This document shows positions 9,731-19,791 of a stretch of 64,000 nt of DNA, in pieces; the stretch's first letter is position 1; every line of letters begins with the position of its first letter. The position numbers and the translations under genes are program-made. The DNA lies in NCBI GenBank assembly GCA_051003155.1, contig JBPCLO010000041.1:18433-82432 (forward strand), given 5' to 3'. The notes under the pieces were generated by a model. It was not told the origin of the DNA and searched no databases. It saw nothing but the letters and a program-made list of their open reading frames with translations. Source of the DNA: Fimbriimonadales bacterium. Lineage in GTDB: Bacteria; Armatimonadota; Fimbriimonadia; Fimbriimonadales; ATM1.

Positions 9731-11149
9731 ATGAAACGCGTTTTGGTTGTTATGGCTACGGCTGCGCTGGGCTTTTCGATGGTCGGCGCGCAAAGCCCCG
9801 GTCGGGAGCACGAGAAGGGTAGTCCGACCACGCAGGGAACACCCCAATCGATGCCTCAGGCGCCGGGCGCACGGACGGCACCGCCTCCGCGCCGGCAAGC
9901 AGGAGCGCCGACGCGAACCGCGCAGCCTCCGTCTCGCAGGCAACAGGGAGCGCCGACGCGAACCGCCCCGCCTTCGTCTCGGGGACAGCAAGGGGAGGCG
10001 GCCCACTCATCGCGACGCCAAGACCTGACTCCGGCACGAACAGCGCCCCCGCAAAGGCAGGATACGCCTCCGTCGAGAACGGCCGCTCCGCCCAGGCAGG
10101 ACGCGCCTCCTTCGAGGACGGCTCCTCCTCCCCCTGCGAGAGATGACAATCCGACTTACTTCCCCAGGCGTCAAGACGGCTCGCCGACGCGCAACGACCC
10201 CCCCGCTACCGGCGGCGGATACTACGAGAACCCGGGCCCGCGAAGGGGTCAAGGCTCCGTTGTGAGCCCACCAGGCAGAAAGCAGCGAGGCGAGGGCGGC
10301 CAACCGACCTTCAAGTCGCGCACCGGCGGCGGCCAACGTGCCGGCGGCCAAATCAACAACATCCTTCCGACCGACCCGCGCGGGAAAACTTTCTTTGGCC
10401 AGATGGGTCCCAAGTCGATACCGGGCTTGATCAAGCCGATCAAGAACCCTAGCGGCACGTTCTTCTTCGGCCAAGTTGGGCCGCTGAACAACTATCACCA
10501 TGGGCTCAGATTCGGCTACTGTCACTATTACCCATGGTGGAGTGACTGGTACTTCGGCTACGCCTATTACATCTTCAACCCGATTCCGTGGCAGTGCGTG
10601 TTCTCACCGTACTACTATTACCATTGCGTGCCCGGCTACTTGCCGTTTCGCAGGGTGTGGTGTGGCAACTACACGGTCCTCTACATAGTGGGCGATCCGT
10701 TCGGTTGGAACTATTGCGGCCGAGGCTATGGCTACGGGTTCTATAACGCAAGCTACAACTCGGGCTACAACTCGGCAAACACATCCGCCCTCGATCGCGC
10801 CCTCAGCGACCTGACGGACGCCTTCAAGTACGGTGACGCCACGCTGCTTGACCGTCTCGTCCCGCGAGGCGGCAGCATCGAGATCTTCATTGACGGCGAA
10901 TACAGCTACACGGTCAACGCGAACGAGTACTACGACATTACGGCAGACCTGCTCGAAGGCGTGAACACGAGCGACTTCCAGATCGTCGACGTTCGACGCG
11001 TCCGGGATGGTGGATTCTACGTCACAGCTCGACACGACTACCTCGACGCATGGAACACGCGCCAGACCAACTGGCTCACGTTTACCTTGCAAGAACAGGC
11101 CAACTGGTACGCGATCACACAGGCAGGCACAAGCCGGAGTCGCCCCTAA
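9731..11149 (+). CDS. Secreted protein with Pro/Arg/Gln-rich repeats, a Tyr/Trp/Cys-rich segment and a globular C-terminal domain
   Basis: RBS GGAGG, signal peptide MKRVLVVMATAALGFSMVGA, repeated (T/S/A)RTAPP units. Confidence 0.8.
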   Translation: MKRVLVVMATAALGFSMVGAQSPGREHEKGSPTTQGTPQSMPQAPGARTAPPPRRQAGAPTRTAQPPSRRQQGAPTRTAPPSSRGQQGEAAHSSRRQDLTPARTAPPQRQDTPPSRTAAPPRQDAPPSRTAPPPPARDDNPTYFPRRQDGSPTRNDPPATGGGYYENPGPRRGQGSVVSPPGRKQRGEGGQPTFKSRTGGGQRAGGQINNILPTDPRGKTFFGQMGPKSIPGLIKPIKNPSGTFFFGQVGPLNNYHHGLRFGYCHYYPWWSDWYFGYAYYIFNPIPWQCVFSPYYYYHCVPGYLPFRRVWCGNYTVLYIVGDPFGWNYCGRGYGYGFYNASYNSGYNSANTSALDRALSDLTDAFKYGDATLLDRLVPRGGSIEIFIDGEYSYTVNANEYYDITADLLEGVNTSDFQIVDVRRVRDGGFYVTARHDYLDAWNTRQTNWLTFTLQEQANWYAITQAGTSRSRP

Positions 11150-11168
11150 GGGCTCTCATCCTAAACAA

Positions 11169-11197
11169 AAACCGCGGCCCGCAAAAGGCCGCGGTTT
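11169..11197. terminator. Intrinsic terminator-like hairpin
   Basis: AAACCGCGGCC-cgcaaaa-GGCCGCGGTTT, 20 nt after the stop at 11149. Confidence 0.8.
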
Positions 11198-11348
11198 GCA
11201 TTTAAGCCGCCAAGAAGCCAATAAACGCCGCACGGAGCTTCATTGGGGTCGGACGTGAGGACAAGCGAAGGCCCACCAAGCACAAACGGAGTCCCTCGGA
11301 GCAACCTTCGCCGGCTCGTCACGCTCAAAGTCCAGTATCATATATTCA

Positions 11349-12764
11349 ATGATCCTGAAGAGGTTTTACAATAATAGCCTCGCCCATGCAAGCTACCTCG
11401 TCGGGTGTCCTGAGAGCGGCGAGGCGATCGTGGTCGATCCGAACCGCGACGCCAAGCAGTACATCGCAGCCGCGAGCGAGGAACGTCTGAACATCACCGC
11501 AGTCACCGAAACCCACATCCACGCCGACTACCTCTCCGGCGTGCGCGAGTTGGCCCTGATGACCGGCGCGAAGGTCTACCTCTCCGCCGAGGGCGGCGCC
11601 GACTGGAAGTACGCTTTCGCCGAACAAGATGGCGTGCAACTCTTGAAAGGGGACGACAGCTTCAAGGTCGGCACGGTGCGTTTCGACGTCGTTGCGACCC
11701 CGGGCCATACGCCCGAACACATCAGTTTCGTCATCACCGACGAGTCTACGAGCCCCGTGCCGCTCGGCGTTTTCACCGGCGACTTCATCTTCGTGGGAGA
11801 CGTGGGCAGGCCCGACCTCCTCGAACGCGCGGCGAAAATCGAAGGCACGATGGAAGCCGGCGCTCGCACTCTATACAAATCGATCACCGCCTTTAAGAGC
11901 GCTTACCCCGACTTCCTGCTCCTGTGGCCCGCCCACGGCGCCGGCTCCGCGTGTGGCAAGAACCTCGGCGGCGTTCCCGTCAGTAGCCTCGGCTACGAAA
12001 AAGCCGCCAACTGGGCACTGCAAGACCCGAGCGAGGAGAAGTTTGTCCAAGAGATCCTATCCGGTCAACCCGACCCGCCCAAGTATTTCGCCAAGATGAA
12101 GGAGTTGAACAAGACCGGCCCGGCCATACTCGGCCCGTCGATGAAGACGAGGCCGATCGCCGCCGAGCAATTGCGTTCGATTATGGGAAGGGACGCCGTC
12201 CTGCTCGACCTTCGCGCGGCGGCTGAGTACGTACAGAATTCGTGGCCGGATGCCCTTCATATCCCCTCGGGCAAGGGCCTCCTCACGTGGGCGGGATGGC
12301 TGGTCCCCTATGAAACCCCGATCTATTTGCTCGTCGGGAGCCAGGACGAAGCCGACAGCGCCGCGTCCGACTTGCGGTTGATAGGACTCGACGATGTGCG
12401 CGGCTGGTTCGACATGTCTGCGCGTCGCGACTCGGGGGCCGAGGCCGCTCCGGTCGCCGAGATCGGCTCCGCCCAGATTGCCGGCGAAGACGCGTTCATT
12501 CTCGATGTGCGCACTAACCGCGAGTATGAGAACGGCCACATACCCGGCGCGACGAACATCCCGCTCGGCCACCTCTTCGAGGGCCTTGCCTCCGTTCCCA
12601 AAGACAAGCGGATCGCCGTGCATTGCCAGGGCGGTTTGCGCTCGCCCATTGCGGTGAGCGTGCTTCGCCGTGCAGGATTTGCGGACGTGGTCAACGTTCC
12701 GGGCGGGTTTTCCGAATATGAATCTCACGGCCTTCCGGTTGAAGCCGCCGGCAGGACATCCTAA
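11349..12764 (+). CDS. MBL-fold hydrolase/persulfide dioxygenase fused to rhodanese domains
   Basis: ETHIHADY, TPGHT, FTGD, PAHGAGSACG; C-terminal rhodanese DVR..EY..GHIPGA and HCQGGLRS. Confidence 0.93.
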   Translation: MILKRFYNNSLAHASYLVGCPESGEAIVVDPNRDAKQYIAAASEERLNITAVTETHIHADYLSGVRELALMTGAKVYLSAEGGADWKYAFAEQDGVQLLKGDDSFKVGTVRFDVVATPGHTPEHISFVITDESTSPVPLGVFTGDFIFVGDVGRPDLLERAAKIEGTMEAGARTLYKSITAFKSAYPDFLLLWPAHGAGSACGKNLGGVPVSSLGYEKAANWALQDPSEEKFVQEILSGQPDPPKYFAKMKELNKTGPAILGPSMKTRPIAAEQLRSIMGRDAVLLDLRAAAEYVQNSWPDALHIPSGKGLLTWAGWLVPYETPIYLLVGSQDEADSAASDLRLIGLDDVRGWFDMSARRDSGAEAAPVAEIGSAQIAGEDAFILDVRTNREYENGHIPGATNIPLGHLFEGLASVPKDKRIAVHCQGGLRSPIAVSVLRRAGFADVVNVPGGFSEYESHGLPVEAAGRTS

Positions 12765-12776
12765 GGTGCGGGCAGA

Positions 12777-13292
12777 ATGTCAGACGTAATGGACGCCGAG
12801 ATCGTGGTCAGGCATGGCGAGGTCAGCGACCTGCCGCTGCTCTGGAACATGCTATTCGAAGCCGCGGCGGTAAACGCGGAAATAAGAAGCATGGGTAAGG
12901 AAACCGCGATATCGCTGCCGCAGATACGCAAGTACGCTGAGGGCTGGGGCCGCGACGGGGATGTAGCGGTCGTCGCTGCCGTACGGACGGGCAAACCGCT
13001 CGGAGCTGCATGGTTCCGTCTGTTCGCAGAGGATGACAGTGGCTACGGCTTCGTGGCCGAGGACATTCCCGAGATGACGATCGGCGTTATCGAGGATGCC
13101 CGAGGTCGAGGCATTGGCAGCATGCTGATGGAGGCGATACTGAAGTCTGCAAAGGAGGAAGGCCACCGCGCCCTGAGCCTTTCAGTGGAATCCGAGAGCG
13201 ACGCAGTGCGGCTTTACGAGCGATACGGATTTAAGGAGAAGGGCAAATCGAGGCAGCGGGGCACCTCGAAAACGATGCTGCTCGATTTCTAA
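12777..13292 (+). CDS. GNAT family N-acetyltransferase
   Basis: GYGFVAEDIPE, RGRGIGS acetyl-CoA motif, AVRLYERYGF. Confidence 0.9.
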   Translation: MSDVMDAEIVVRHGEVSDLPLLWNMLFEAAAVNAEIRSMGKETAISLPQIRKYAEGWGRDGDVAVVAAVRTGKPLGAAWFRLFAEDDSGYGFVAEDIPEMTIGVIEDARGRGIGSMLMEAILKSAKEEGHRALSLSVESESDAVRLYERYGFKEKGKSRQRGTSKTMLLDF

Positions 13293-13702
13293 TCGATATC
13301 AAGAGTCTGGAATCGCCTTAGCCTTGGGTCGAGAACAGGCAGGAGAAGATCATAGGCTTCTTGAACGAGCAGATGGATATTCGAGGCCTTCTTGCGCTCG
13401 TCGCTCCCTTCCGGGAAATTGGTGGGCAGCGATCTCTCGCTAAGCTTGGCGTAAGCTTCTTTCAGCTGCTGCAGCGACGCGTCCCGCTTCAGCCCCAGCA
13501 CCCTATAGGACTCGGCTACCTTTGCATCCCTCTGAAGTGGCGGCGGAGGCGGTGGCGGCTTGGGTCCGTTCTCCACAGCTGCGGGATCGAGATACTCGTC
13601 CAGCTCTTTCCGCGCTGAAATCTCTCGGATCTTCTCAATCCGCTCCCACTCACGCCCTATGTAGGAACGAAGCAAATTGTACGCTCGGTCTCCTAAGCCC
13701 AA
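13289..13702 (-). CDS. J-like domain protein (HPD replaced by LPT)
   Basis: YRVLGLKRDASLQQLKEAYAKLSERSLPT...VQEAYDLL follows the J-domain pattern. Confidence 0.8.
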   Translation of the reverse strand: MGLGDRAYNLLRSYIGREWERIEKIREISARKELDEYLDPAAVENGPKPPPPPPPLQRDAKVAESYRVLGLKRDASLQQLKEAYAKLSERSLPTNFPEGSDERKKASNIHLLVQEAYDLLLPVLDPRLRRFQTLDID

Positions 13703-14439
13703 TTCTTCGTGCTCACTATTTCAATCGATTCTTCCATGGTCGAGCTCAGCCGGCGGAGCCTGCGTGTCATTTCCGAAAACGGGTCCAATTCCTCCGCTGC
13801 GGAAGTTGCCCCAGATTCTGCCACAGCTCTGATCAACTGTGAACGGAGTTCGGCTAACGTAGACTCAGCTTCGTCCAAATTCGCATTCAGCCGCTTTTGG
13901 GTTAGCTCCAGGTCTTCGAGAATCCGCAGTTCCTCGCGCCTAGCGGTGAGTGCAGCTTCAGTTGACGCGCGAATCGTCGGATCGGTTTCCTCGGCAAGCT
14001 TTTCCTCGAGGCCCAGGACCGCCGCTCGCGATCTAAAGACGCCGCTCGACAGTTTCTGAACCTGCCTACGAGCCTCCAGGATTTCGACGGCACGCACAAC
14101 GATAGCATCGACCTCGGTTTGCGTGTCCAACGCCATTGCCGAGATGACCGGATTGTCGGTGTGGTTGGTGATCAAACGCATGGCTTCCTCACGGAGCTTG
14201 ACGATCGGTTTCAGCCGCGTCTTGCTGGGGGTGCTCACGTCTTCGAGAGTCGGAACCTGCACGCCGCGCGAACGCCTCGGCCGCATCGCCGAAACCAGTC
14301 CTGCGATAGCACCTACGGTTATGAGGGCAGCCGCAAGCGGCGTCCATCCGAAGAAGAGGGCGCCGATGCCGGCAGCTACCAGCGCCGCGGAGATCGCGAA
14401 GCCCACGGGTTTTCGGCGGTGTTCGTGCTGCAGCATCAC
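13693..14439 (-). CDS. Membrane-anchored coiled-coil hypothetical protein
   Basis: Two N-terminal TM segments then a long heptad-rich helical region; overlaps the start of the J-like gene. Confidence 0.75.
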   Translation of the reverse strand: MMLQHEHRRKPVGFAISAALVAAGIGALFFGWTPLAAALITVGAIAGLVSAMRPRRSRGVQVPTLEDVSTPSKTRLKPIVKLREEAMRLITNHTDNPVISAMALDTQTEVDAIVVRAVEILEARRQVQKLSSGVFRSRAAVLGLEEKLAEETDPTIRASTEAALTARREELRILEDLELTQKRLNANLDEAESTLAELRSQLIRAVAESGATSAAEELDPFSEMTRRLRRLSSTMEESIEIVSTKNWA

Positions 14440-14524
14440 TTCTTGAGAGACTCTCTTGTCGTACCAAGAATACTACCGCCCAACGCGCCACTTGAGATTC
14501 ATTCTGCCCGTGGATAAATGAATA

Positions 14525-15169
14525 CTACGGGTATCGAAAATGGCCGACGATCGCCCAGCATGTCAGCGCGTCTTCCTCGACACACGTTCCCGCATTATGG
14601 ATGACAAGGGGCAGCCCGGACGGATTTCTCCTATTCGAGACGATCCCGCAGTGATCGAGGCTCGGTGACATCTTCCAGTAGACAATGTCTCCCGGCAGCC
14701 ACAATTGGGTGTCCGTGGTGGCCCAAGATAAGTCCAAGGCGTATCGCTTCATAAAAGCAATCTGATTGGGCACGCGTCGGTGGTCGATATTGGTATCGGG
14801 TCTCCGTAGTCCGTAGCGAGCCGGATACTTCCCGAAGTTCTGGGACATATCTTCGTGGATCAGCTTCTGCAGATCGTGCCCGGCGGCGCGCAGACTTCTG
14901 ATCACCACATCGGTGCAAACGCCTCTGTTTACTGGGAGGTCTCCATTCGGATAAGCGATATCGAAGTAACCGGGGTGGTAAATGGTGCCGATCTGGGCGA
15001 GGGCCGCGCGGACAATCTTCTCCGCGACGGGAGTGTGAGCTCTTTCGCGAATTTCGGATTCGGGAGCGGGCAGCAATGCACCTCTGTCGGACGGCGCCAA
15101 ACGAACGTCGACCAAAACCGCGCCCATGACGAGGACTGTGCCCAGCCACCACTTTACGCATCGTTTCAT
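14525..15169 (-). CDS. DUF1287 (YijF-like) protein
   Basis: YPNGD..RGVCTDVVIRSLR, DTNIDHRRVPN, PGDIVYW, HCGIVS motifs. Confidence 0.88.
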   Translation of the reverse strand: MKRCVKWWLGTVLVMGAVLVDVRLAPSDRGALLPAPESEIRERAHTPVAEKIVRAALAQIGTIYHPGYFDIAYPNGDLPVNRGVCTDVVIRSLRAAGHDLQKLIHEDMSQNFGKYPARYGLRRPDTNIDHRRVPNQIAFMKRYALDLSWATTDTQLWLPGDIVYWKMSPSLDHCGIVSNRRNPSGLPLVIHNAGTCVEEDALTCWAIVGHFRYP

Positions 15170-15207
15170 CTCATGATGATAAACGTCCCCTCAGGAGTTC
15201 AAGTGCC

Positions 15208-16497
15208 TTACATGGCTGCGACGCCGGAGCTTCCCGCCGCCGGCTCATGGATGACCCTTTGTATCCAGCCCCGAGCGACAGACGCTTCGGCAACCCGTTC
15301 GACGGCGACTGCATAAGCGGCTAGCCGCGAGTCGACGCCGTGCATGTTGCGAGCGAATTGAAACGAGGCGAAGGCCCCAGACATGACCTCGTCCAGCCGC
15401 CGGTGCACATCCTCCAGCTTCCACCGGTCGAGGGAAGCGTTTTGAACCTGCTCGAAATAAGAAACCGTAACGCCGCCCGCGTTGCACAGGAAGTCGGGGA
15501 TCACGAAAACCCCCTTGCCGTGCAGAATCTTGTCCGCCTCGGGTGTTGTCGGCCCATTCGCGAGTTCCGCGATTAGCTTTGCCTTGACGTCGGCGGCATT
15601 GTGCGCAGTGATCGCATTTTCGAGCGCGCTCGGCACCAGCACGTCGACATCCAGTTCGAGCAACTCCTCATTCGAAATCTGTTTGGCTGAATGTGCTGTT
15701 ACGCTGCCTCTCGACTCCTTCGTGTCGGAGACGGCGTCGAAGTGGAGCCCCTCTTGCGAATAGACACCTCCTTTCGAATCGCTGACCGCAACTACTTTCG
15801 CGCCGAAAAGCTGTTCAACCAACCTATGGGCGTGCATGCCCGCATTGCCATACCCCTGGATCGCAACCGTCGCTCCGGACAAGTCGAGGCGGATCTCGCG
15901 GGCTGCCTCTCGCAGCGTAATCATTCCTCCACGCGCTGTCGCGTCGTCTCGGCCAGGAGATCCGCCCAGTTCGAGCGGCTTGCCGGTGATGGCTCCAGGA
16001 GCCTTATGCCCAACGATTGTCTCGTATTCGTCCAGCATCCAGGCCATGATTTGCGGAGTGGTGTAAACGTCGGGAGCGGGGACGTCGATATCCGGCCCAA
16101 TGACGTGGGCGATCTTGCGGATATATCCGCGGCTAAGCCGCTCGAGCTCGCCCTCGCTCATCCTTTTGGGGTCGCAAATCACGCCACCCTTGCCACCGCC
16201 TAGCGGGATGTCTACGATAGCGGTCTTCCAAGTCATCCAGGCCGCGAGCGCACGAACCGTCCCGAGCGTCTCCTCGGGGTGAAACCGCAATCCGCCCTTG
16301 CAGGGCCCCCTGGCGGAGTTGTATTGGACTCGGAAACCAGTGAATATCCTTGTGGATCCGTCGTCCATGCGAACTGGAATGCGCACGCAGTGCTCGTCCA
16401 TCGGCTCGCGCAAGAGCTCCCTGGCTTCGTCAGAAAGATGCAAAATGTCGGCTGCGGCGTCGAACTGAGCCTGTGCCTGTTCGAAAAGGTTCGTCAT
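15208..16497 (-). CDS. gdhA: Glu/Leu/Phe/Val dehydrogenase (glutamate dehydrogenase) paralog 1
   Basis: [44 protein letters not shown]. Confidence 0.93.
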   Translation of the reverse strand: MTNLFEQAQAQFDAAADILHLSDEARELLREPMDEHCVRIPVRMDDGSTRIFTGFRVQYNSARGPCKGGLRFHPEETLGTVRALAAWMTWKTAIVDIPLGGGKGGVICDPKRMSEGELERLSRGYIRKIAHVIGPDIDVPAPDVYTTPQIMAWMLDEYETIVGHKAPGAITGKPLELGGSPGRDDATARGGMITLREAAREIRLDLSGATVAIQGYGNAGMHAHRLVEQLFGAKVVAVSDSKGGVYSQEGLHFDAVSDTKESRGSVTAHSAKQISNEELLELDVDVLVPSALENAITAHNAADVKAKLIAELANGPTTPEADKILHGKGVFVIPDFLCNAGGVTVSYFEQVQNASLDRWKLEDVHRRLDEVMSGAFASFQFARNMHGVDSRLAAYAVAVERVAEASVARGWIQRVIHEPAAGSSGVAAM

Positions 16498-16694
16498 TGA
16501 ATCTGCTCCCACTCCGGTGTGGCAGGCACAAGGTACCCGCAAATTAGTCCAAGACGCGCGAGTGTGGCCACTTCGCCGCGCACGGAACTGCGAACGTCCT
16601 AAGAATCAACTAGGGGTTGCAGAAATAGCCCGGCGCCATTAAGTTGGCGCCAAGCTTTGTGGAACCGGGGGCTTACCGCGATTGGGCGATGGGC

Positions 16695-17054
16695 CTACTT
16701 CAGTTCTATCACCACCAGCTTCATCGCTGTCTTGCCCATATTCTTCGCCAAATGGCTCTGGGCCGGTAGGAACAACGTCGCGCCGGTAGCGACGTCCATG
16801 GTCATCGGCTCTTTGCCGACTTCGTGAATCATCAAGCGTCCGCCCTTTACCGCATACACCACGTGATCCGGATGGGCATGAACGTCGATAGCTTGCCCGG
16901 GCGCAAATTTAACCACGAAGACCCGGACACGGTCGTTATCTAGCTTCAAGTTGTAGATGCCCGGGCCGACCCTTAGCGGGTCTTGCGGCATGTAGGCAAA
17001 GGCCGTCAAAAGCCCCAGAGCGACAATAGCCGCAATCCACTTCATCAACTTCAT
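16695..17054 (-). CDS. Secreted cupin-domain protein
   Basis: Signal peptide; DNDRVRV, HAHPDHVVY and H..KN.G....LVVIELK cupin pattern. Confidence 0.82.
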   Translation of the reverse strand: MKLMKWIAAIVALGLLTAFAYMPQDPLRVGPGIYNLKLDNDRVRVFVVKFAPGQAIDVHAHPDHVVYAVKGGRLMIHEVGKEPMTMDVATGATLFLPAQSHLAKNMGKTAMKLVVIELK

Positions 17055-17162
17055 TAGTTTCCTCCTTACCGCCGCTCCATACGCGGCTAGGGCTTATGAT
17101 AACCGCACGAACACAGCCTGTCAAGACACTGTCCGAAAAGTTAGTGGGCCATAATTAAAGAA

Positions 17163-17483
17163 ATGGCTAACGATGCGTTCGCGAGGCTCGCGCAGATCAT
17201 GGGCTGCAAATGGTCGATGGGCATTCTCGATGCAATCGACCGAGGAGTGATACGCCCGACAAAGATCGAGCGCGAGCTCGACGGTATCTCCACAAAAGTT
17301 TTCTACCGCTGCATCGACCGCCTGCAGAAGGAAGGCTTCCTTCTCAGGGAGACGTTTGATGAGATTCCGCCGCACGTCGAATATCGATTCAGCGACGGCG
17401 GCCGCGTTTTAATCGAGCTTGTGCACCACGCGCGCAAGCTCTCAGATATGTGGCCGGAACTCGCGCCGATGGGGTTGGATTAG
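17163..17483 (+). CDS. HxlR-family winged-helix transcriptional regulator
   Basis: KWSMGIL, GISTKV, EIPPHVEY; divergent from the cupin gene. Confidence 0.88.
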   Translation: MANDAFARLAQIMGCKWSMGILDAIDRGVIRPTKIERELDGISTKVFYRCIDRLQKEGFLLRETFDEIPPHVEYRFSDGGRVLIELVHHARKLSDMWPELAPMGLD

Positions 17484-18569
17484 CTCCAAGGCCATCTTTG
17501 CGGTTCGCGTAATGGCGTCGTTTGGACCTAGCATCCTGACAATTTCTTCGAAATCGTCGAGTTGCGCCTGCCGCTCGGTGCTGTCTCTTAGCAGTTTGGA
17601 TGTCTCTGTCGCGATGGTCTCAGACGAGGCGTTCGGGTGGTAGAGTTCAGGAACCGCACGTCTTTCCAAAAGGATGTTCGGCAACGCTATGAAGTCGACC
17701 TTGAGCCTAATGAGCTTCGCCTCGAGAATCATCAAGGGGTCCAACACGTAGGCCGCCACCATCGGTGTCCGACAAACTGCTGCCTCTAGCGTCGCAGTGC
17801 CTGAGCAGATAATCGCTGCCCGCGAGCGCTTCAAAGTCCCGTAAGGTCCGGCGCGGCTTACTTCCGCCTTCATCGGACAGTGTCTGTTCCACAGACGGCC
17901 GAGCATGTCTGAATCCGCGTTCGGCGCAGCCACGATAACCGGTTTGGCCGCCATCTCACCGAGAAGCGCAACGGCCCTTGCGAATACCGGCAGATTGAGT
18001 TCTATTTCATGTTTGCGGCTGCCCGGCAAGATCGCCAAGACATCGCGCTCGCCTTCGGGAGCCTCGCCGGCCATTTGGAGAACCTGGTGGCCAACCCATT
18101 CGACATTGGCCCCCGCCTTCCGCAGCATGTCCGCAGACCAGGAGAACGGCGTGGCGATGCTGTCGGCAACGCGAGCCAAGTCAGTGCCTTGTCTGTCCCT
18201 GCGCCAGCTGCCCGGAGGCATAAAGTAGAGCACCCTACAGCCGAGCTTCTTGGCCTTGCGACAAAGCCGAACATTCATGTAGCCGAAATCGATCGCGATC
18301 ACCAAGTCGGGAGTATTCGACTCGAGCCATTTTGAAACTTCCCACGCGCCAATGAGCAGCTTTGGCGCCATTTTCAGCGCTTGGTAAACGCCGAGCGCGC
18401 CCCAAGTCGAGCTGTCTCCTATCAAGTGTGCGCCCGCCGCTTCGAGCTTCCTCCCACCAACCGCGAAAAACTCGCCGTTGAAGCCCTGACGCCTCATCTC
18501 CTTGAGCAGTTCCGCCCCAACCGAGTCGCCACTGGCCTCGCCCGTGGAGATCAGGACGCGCAGCGTCAC
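17442..18569 (-). CDS. lpxB: Lipid-A-disaccharide synthase
   Basis: GEASGD, VGHQ, LPGSRKHEI, SGTATLE, LPNIL motifs; last gene of the lpx cluster. Confidence 0.93.
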   Translation of the reverse strand: MTLRVLISTGEASGDSVGAELLKEMRRQGFNGEFFAVGGRKLEAAGAHLIGDSSTWGALGVYQALKMAPKLLIGAWEVSKWLESNTPDLVIAIDFGYMNVRLCRKAKKLGCRVLYFMPPGSWRRDRQGTDLARVADSIATPFSWSADMLRKAGANVEWVGHQVLQMAGEAPEGERDVLAILPGSRKHEIELNLPVFARAVALLGEMAAKPVIVAAPNADSDMLGRLWNRHCPMKAEVSRAGPYGTLKRSRAAIICSGTATLEAAVCRTPMVAAYVLDPLMILEAKLIRLKVDFIALPNILLERRAVPELYHPNASSETIATETSKLLRDSTERQAQLDDFEEIVRMLGPNDAITRTAKMALELIQPHRREFRPHI

Positions 18570-19354
18570 TTCTGGTCTTGTCTGCCGTAGCGCCCTTCGC
18601 CGACGTTCTCGATGAACGCGAGCAAGTAGTCGACCTCAGGGTGCGGCTGAATTTCTGCGCGAACCTTCTCGATTGCGTCAGGCATGCTGAGCTCCGACCG
18701 GTAAATGATTTTGCATGCCTTGTGCAGAGCCATCCTCACGTCGGGCCCATAGCCCAATCGGCGCAGGCCGATGGCATTGATATCGTATACGCGGCAGCGT
18801 CTCCCTTCCGTGAGCATGAAGGGTGGCACGTCGACTCCCACGCCGGACATCGCACCGATCATGCAGTACTTCCCGATCCGCACGAACTGATGAACGCCGG
18901 TCATGCCGCCGATGTTCACGCCTTCCTCGATGGTCACATGGCCGCTGATGCCGCAGCTGTTCGCGATTGTCACGTTGTCATGGATCGTGCAATTGTGGCC
19001 AACGTGTGTAAAGGCCATTAGGAAATTGTTGTTGCCGATAACGGTGGACTTGCCCGCGCCGGTGCCTCTGTGCAGGGTCACAAACTCACGAAATACATTG
19101 TCGTCGCCGATCTTGAGGTACGTCGTCTCGCCTTTGTACTTGCGGTCCTGAGGGTCGCCGCCGATGATGGCTCCTTGCCCGATGACGTTGCGATCGCCCA
19201 TCGTGACGTCGCCGCGAACTACCGAATGGCCCTCCACCAAGCAAACTTTCCCAAGCTTCGCTCCAGACTCGATAATCGCGAACGGACCCACCTTCGTACC
19301 TGCGCCGATCGATGCTTTTGAATCGACGATAGCGGACGGGTGGATTTCCGTCAA
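18566..19354 (-). CDS. lpxA: UDP-N-acetylglucosamine acyltransferase
   Basis: IHPSAIV, hexapeptide repeats, PQDRKY, REFVTLHRGT, HVGHNC, VHQFVRIG; TTG start inferred. Confidence 0.95.
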   Translation of the reverse strand: MTEIHPSAIVDSKASIGAGTKVGPFAIIESGAKLGKVCLVEGHSVVRGDVTMGDRNVIGQGAIIGGDPQDRKYKGETTYLKIGDDNVFREFVTLHRGTGAGKSTVIGNNNFLMAFTHVGHNCTIHDNVTIANSCGISGHVTIEEGVNIGGMTGVHQFVRIGKYCMIGAMSGVGVDVPPFMLTEGRRCRVYDINAIGLRRLGYGPDVRMALHKACKIIYRSELSMPDAIEKVRAEIQPHPEVDYLLAFIENVGEGRYGRQDQK

Positions 19355-19788
19355 CTCGAATCCCCGTTCTTGAGAATTTTGAATGTTAATTCTGCCTCCG
19401 CGACGATCTCCCCATCGACCGTGGCGACGCCCTTCATGCAGCCGATGCCTTTGCGAAACCAAACGACCTCGGCGTTGGTCATCAACCGGTCGCCGGGAAC
19501 AACCATCCGACGAAATCTCACCTTGTCCAGCCCGACCACGAGTGGCTTAACACCTCCGAACTCCGGGTCCGACATTAACACTAACGCGCCAACCTGGGCC
19601 ATCGCTTCTATGATAAGCACGCCGGGCATGATCGGCATTCCCGGATAGTGCCCCTGGAAGAAGTACTCGTTGATGCTGAGATTTTTATAGCCCCGGCCTC
19701 GCTTTCCGACTTCGAGTTCCTCCATTCTGTCCACGAGCAAGAACGGAAACCGGTGGGGCAGTATCTTCTGGATGTCGTTAATGTCCAA
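19351..19788 (-). CDS. fabZ: 3-hydroxyacyl-ACP dehydratase
   Basis: LPHRFPFLLVDR and FFQGHYP..PIMPGVLIIEAMAQ. Confidence 0.97.
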   Translation of the reverse strand: MDINDIQKILPHRFPFLLVDRMEELEVGKRGRGYKNLSINEYFFQGHYPGMPIMPGVLIIEAMAQVGALVLMSDPEFGGVKPLVVGLDKVRFRRMVVPGDRLMTNAEVVWFRKGIGCMKGVATVDGEIVAEAELTFKILKNGDSS

Positions 19789-19791
19789 TAT

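Noticed and set aside
9860..10140. CRISPR-like repeat array
   Set aside because: Repeats are degenerate in-frame coding repeats (RTAPP) without unique spacers; no cas genes.
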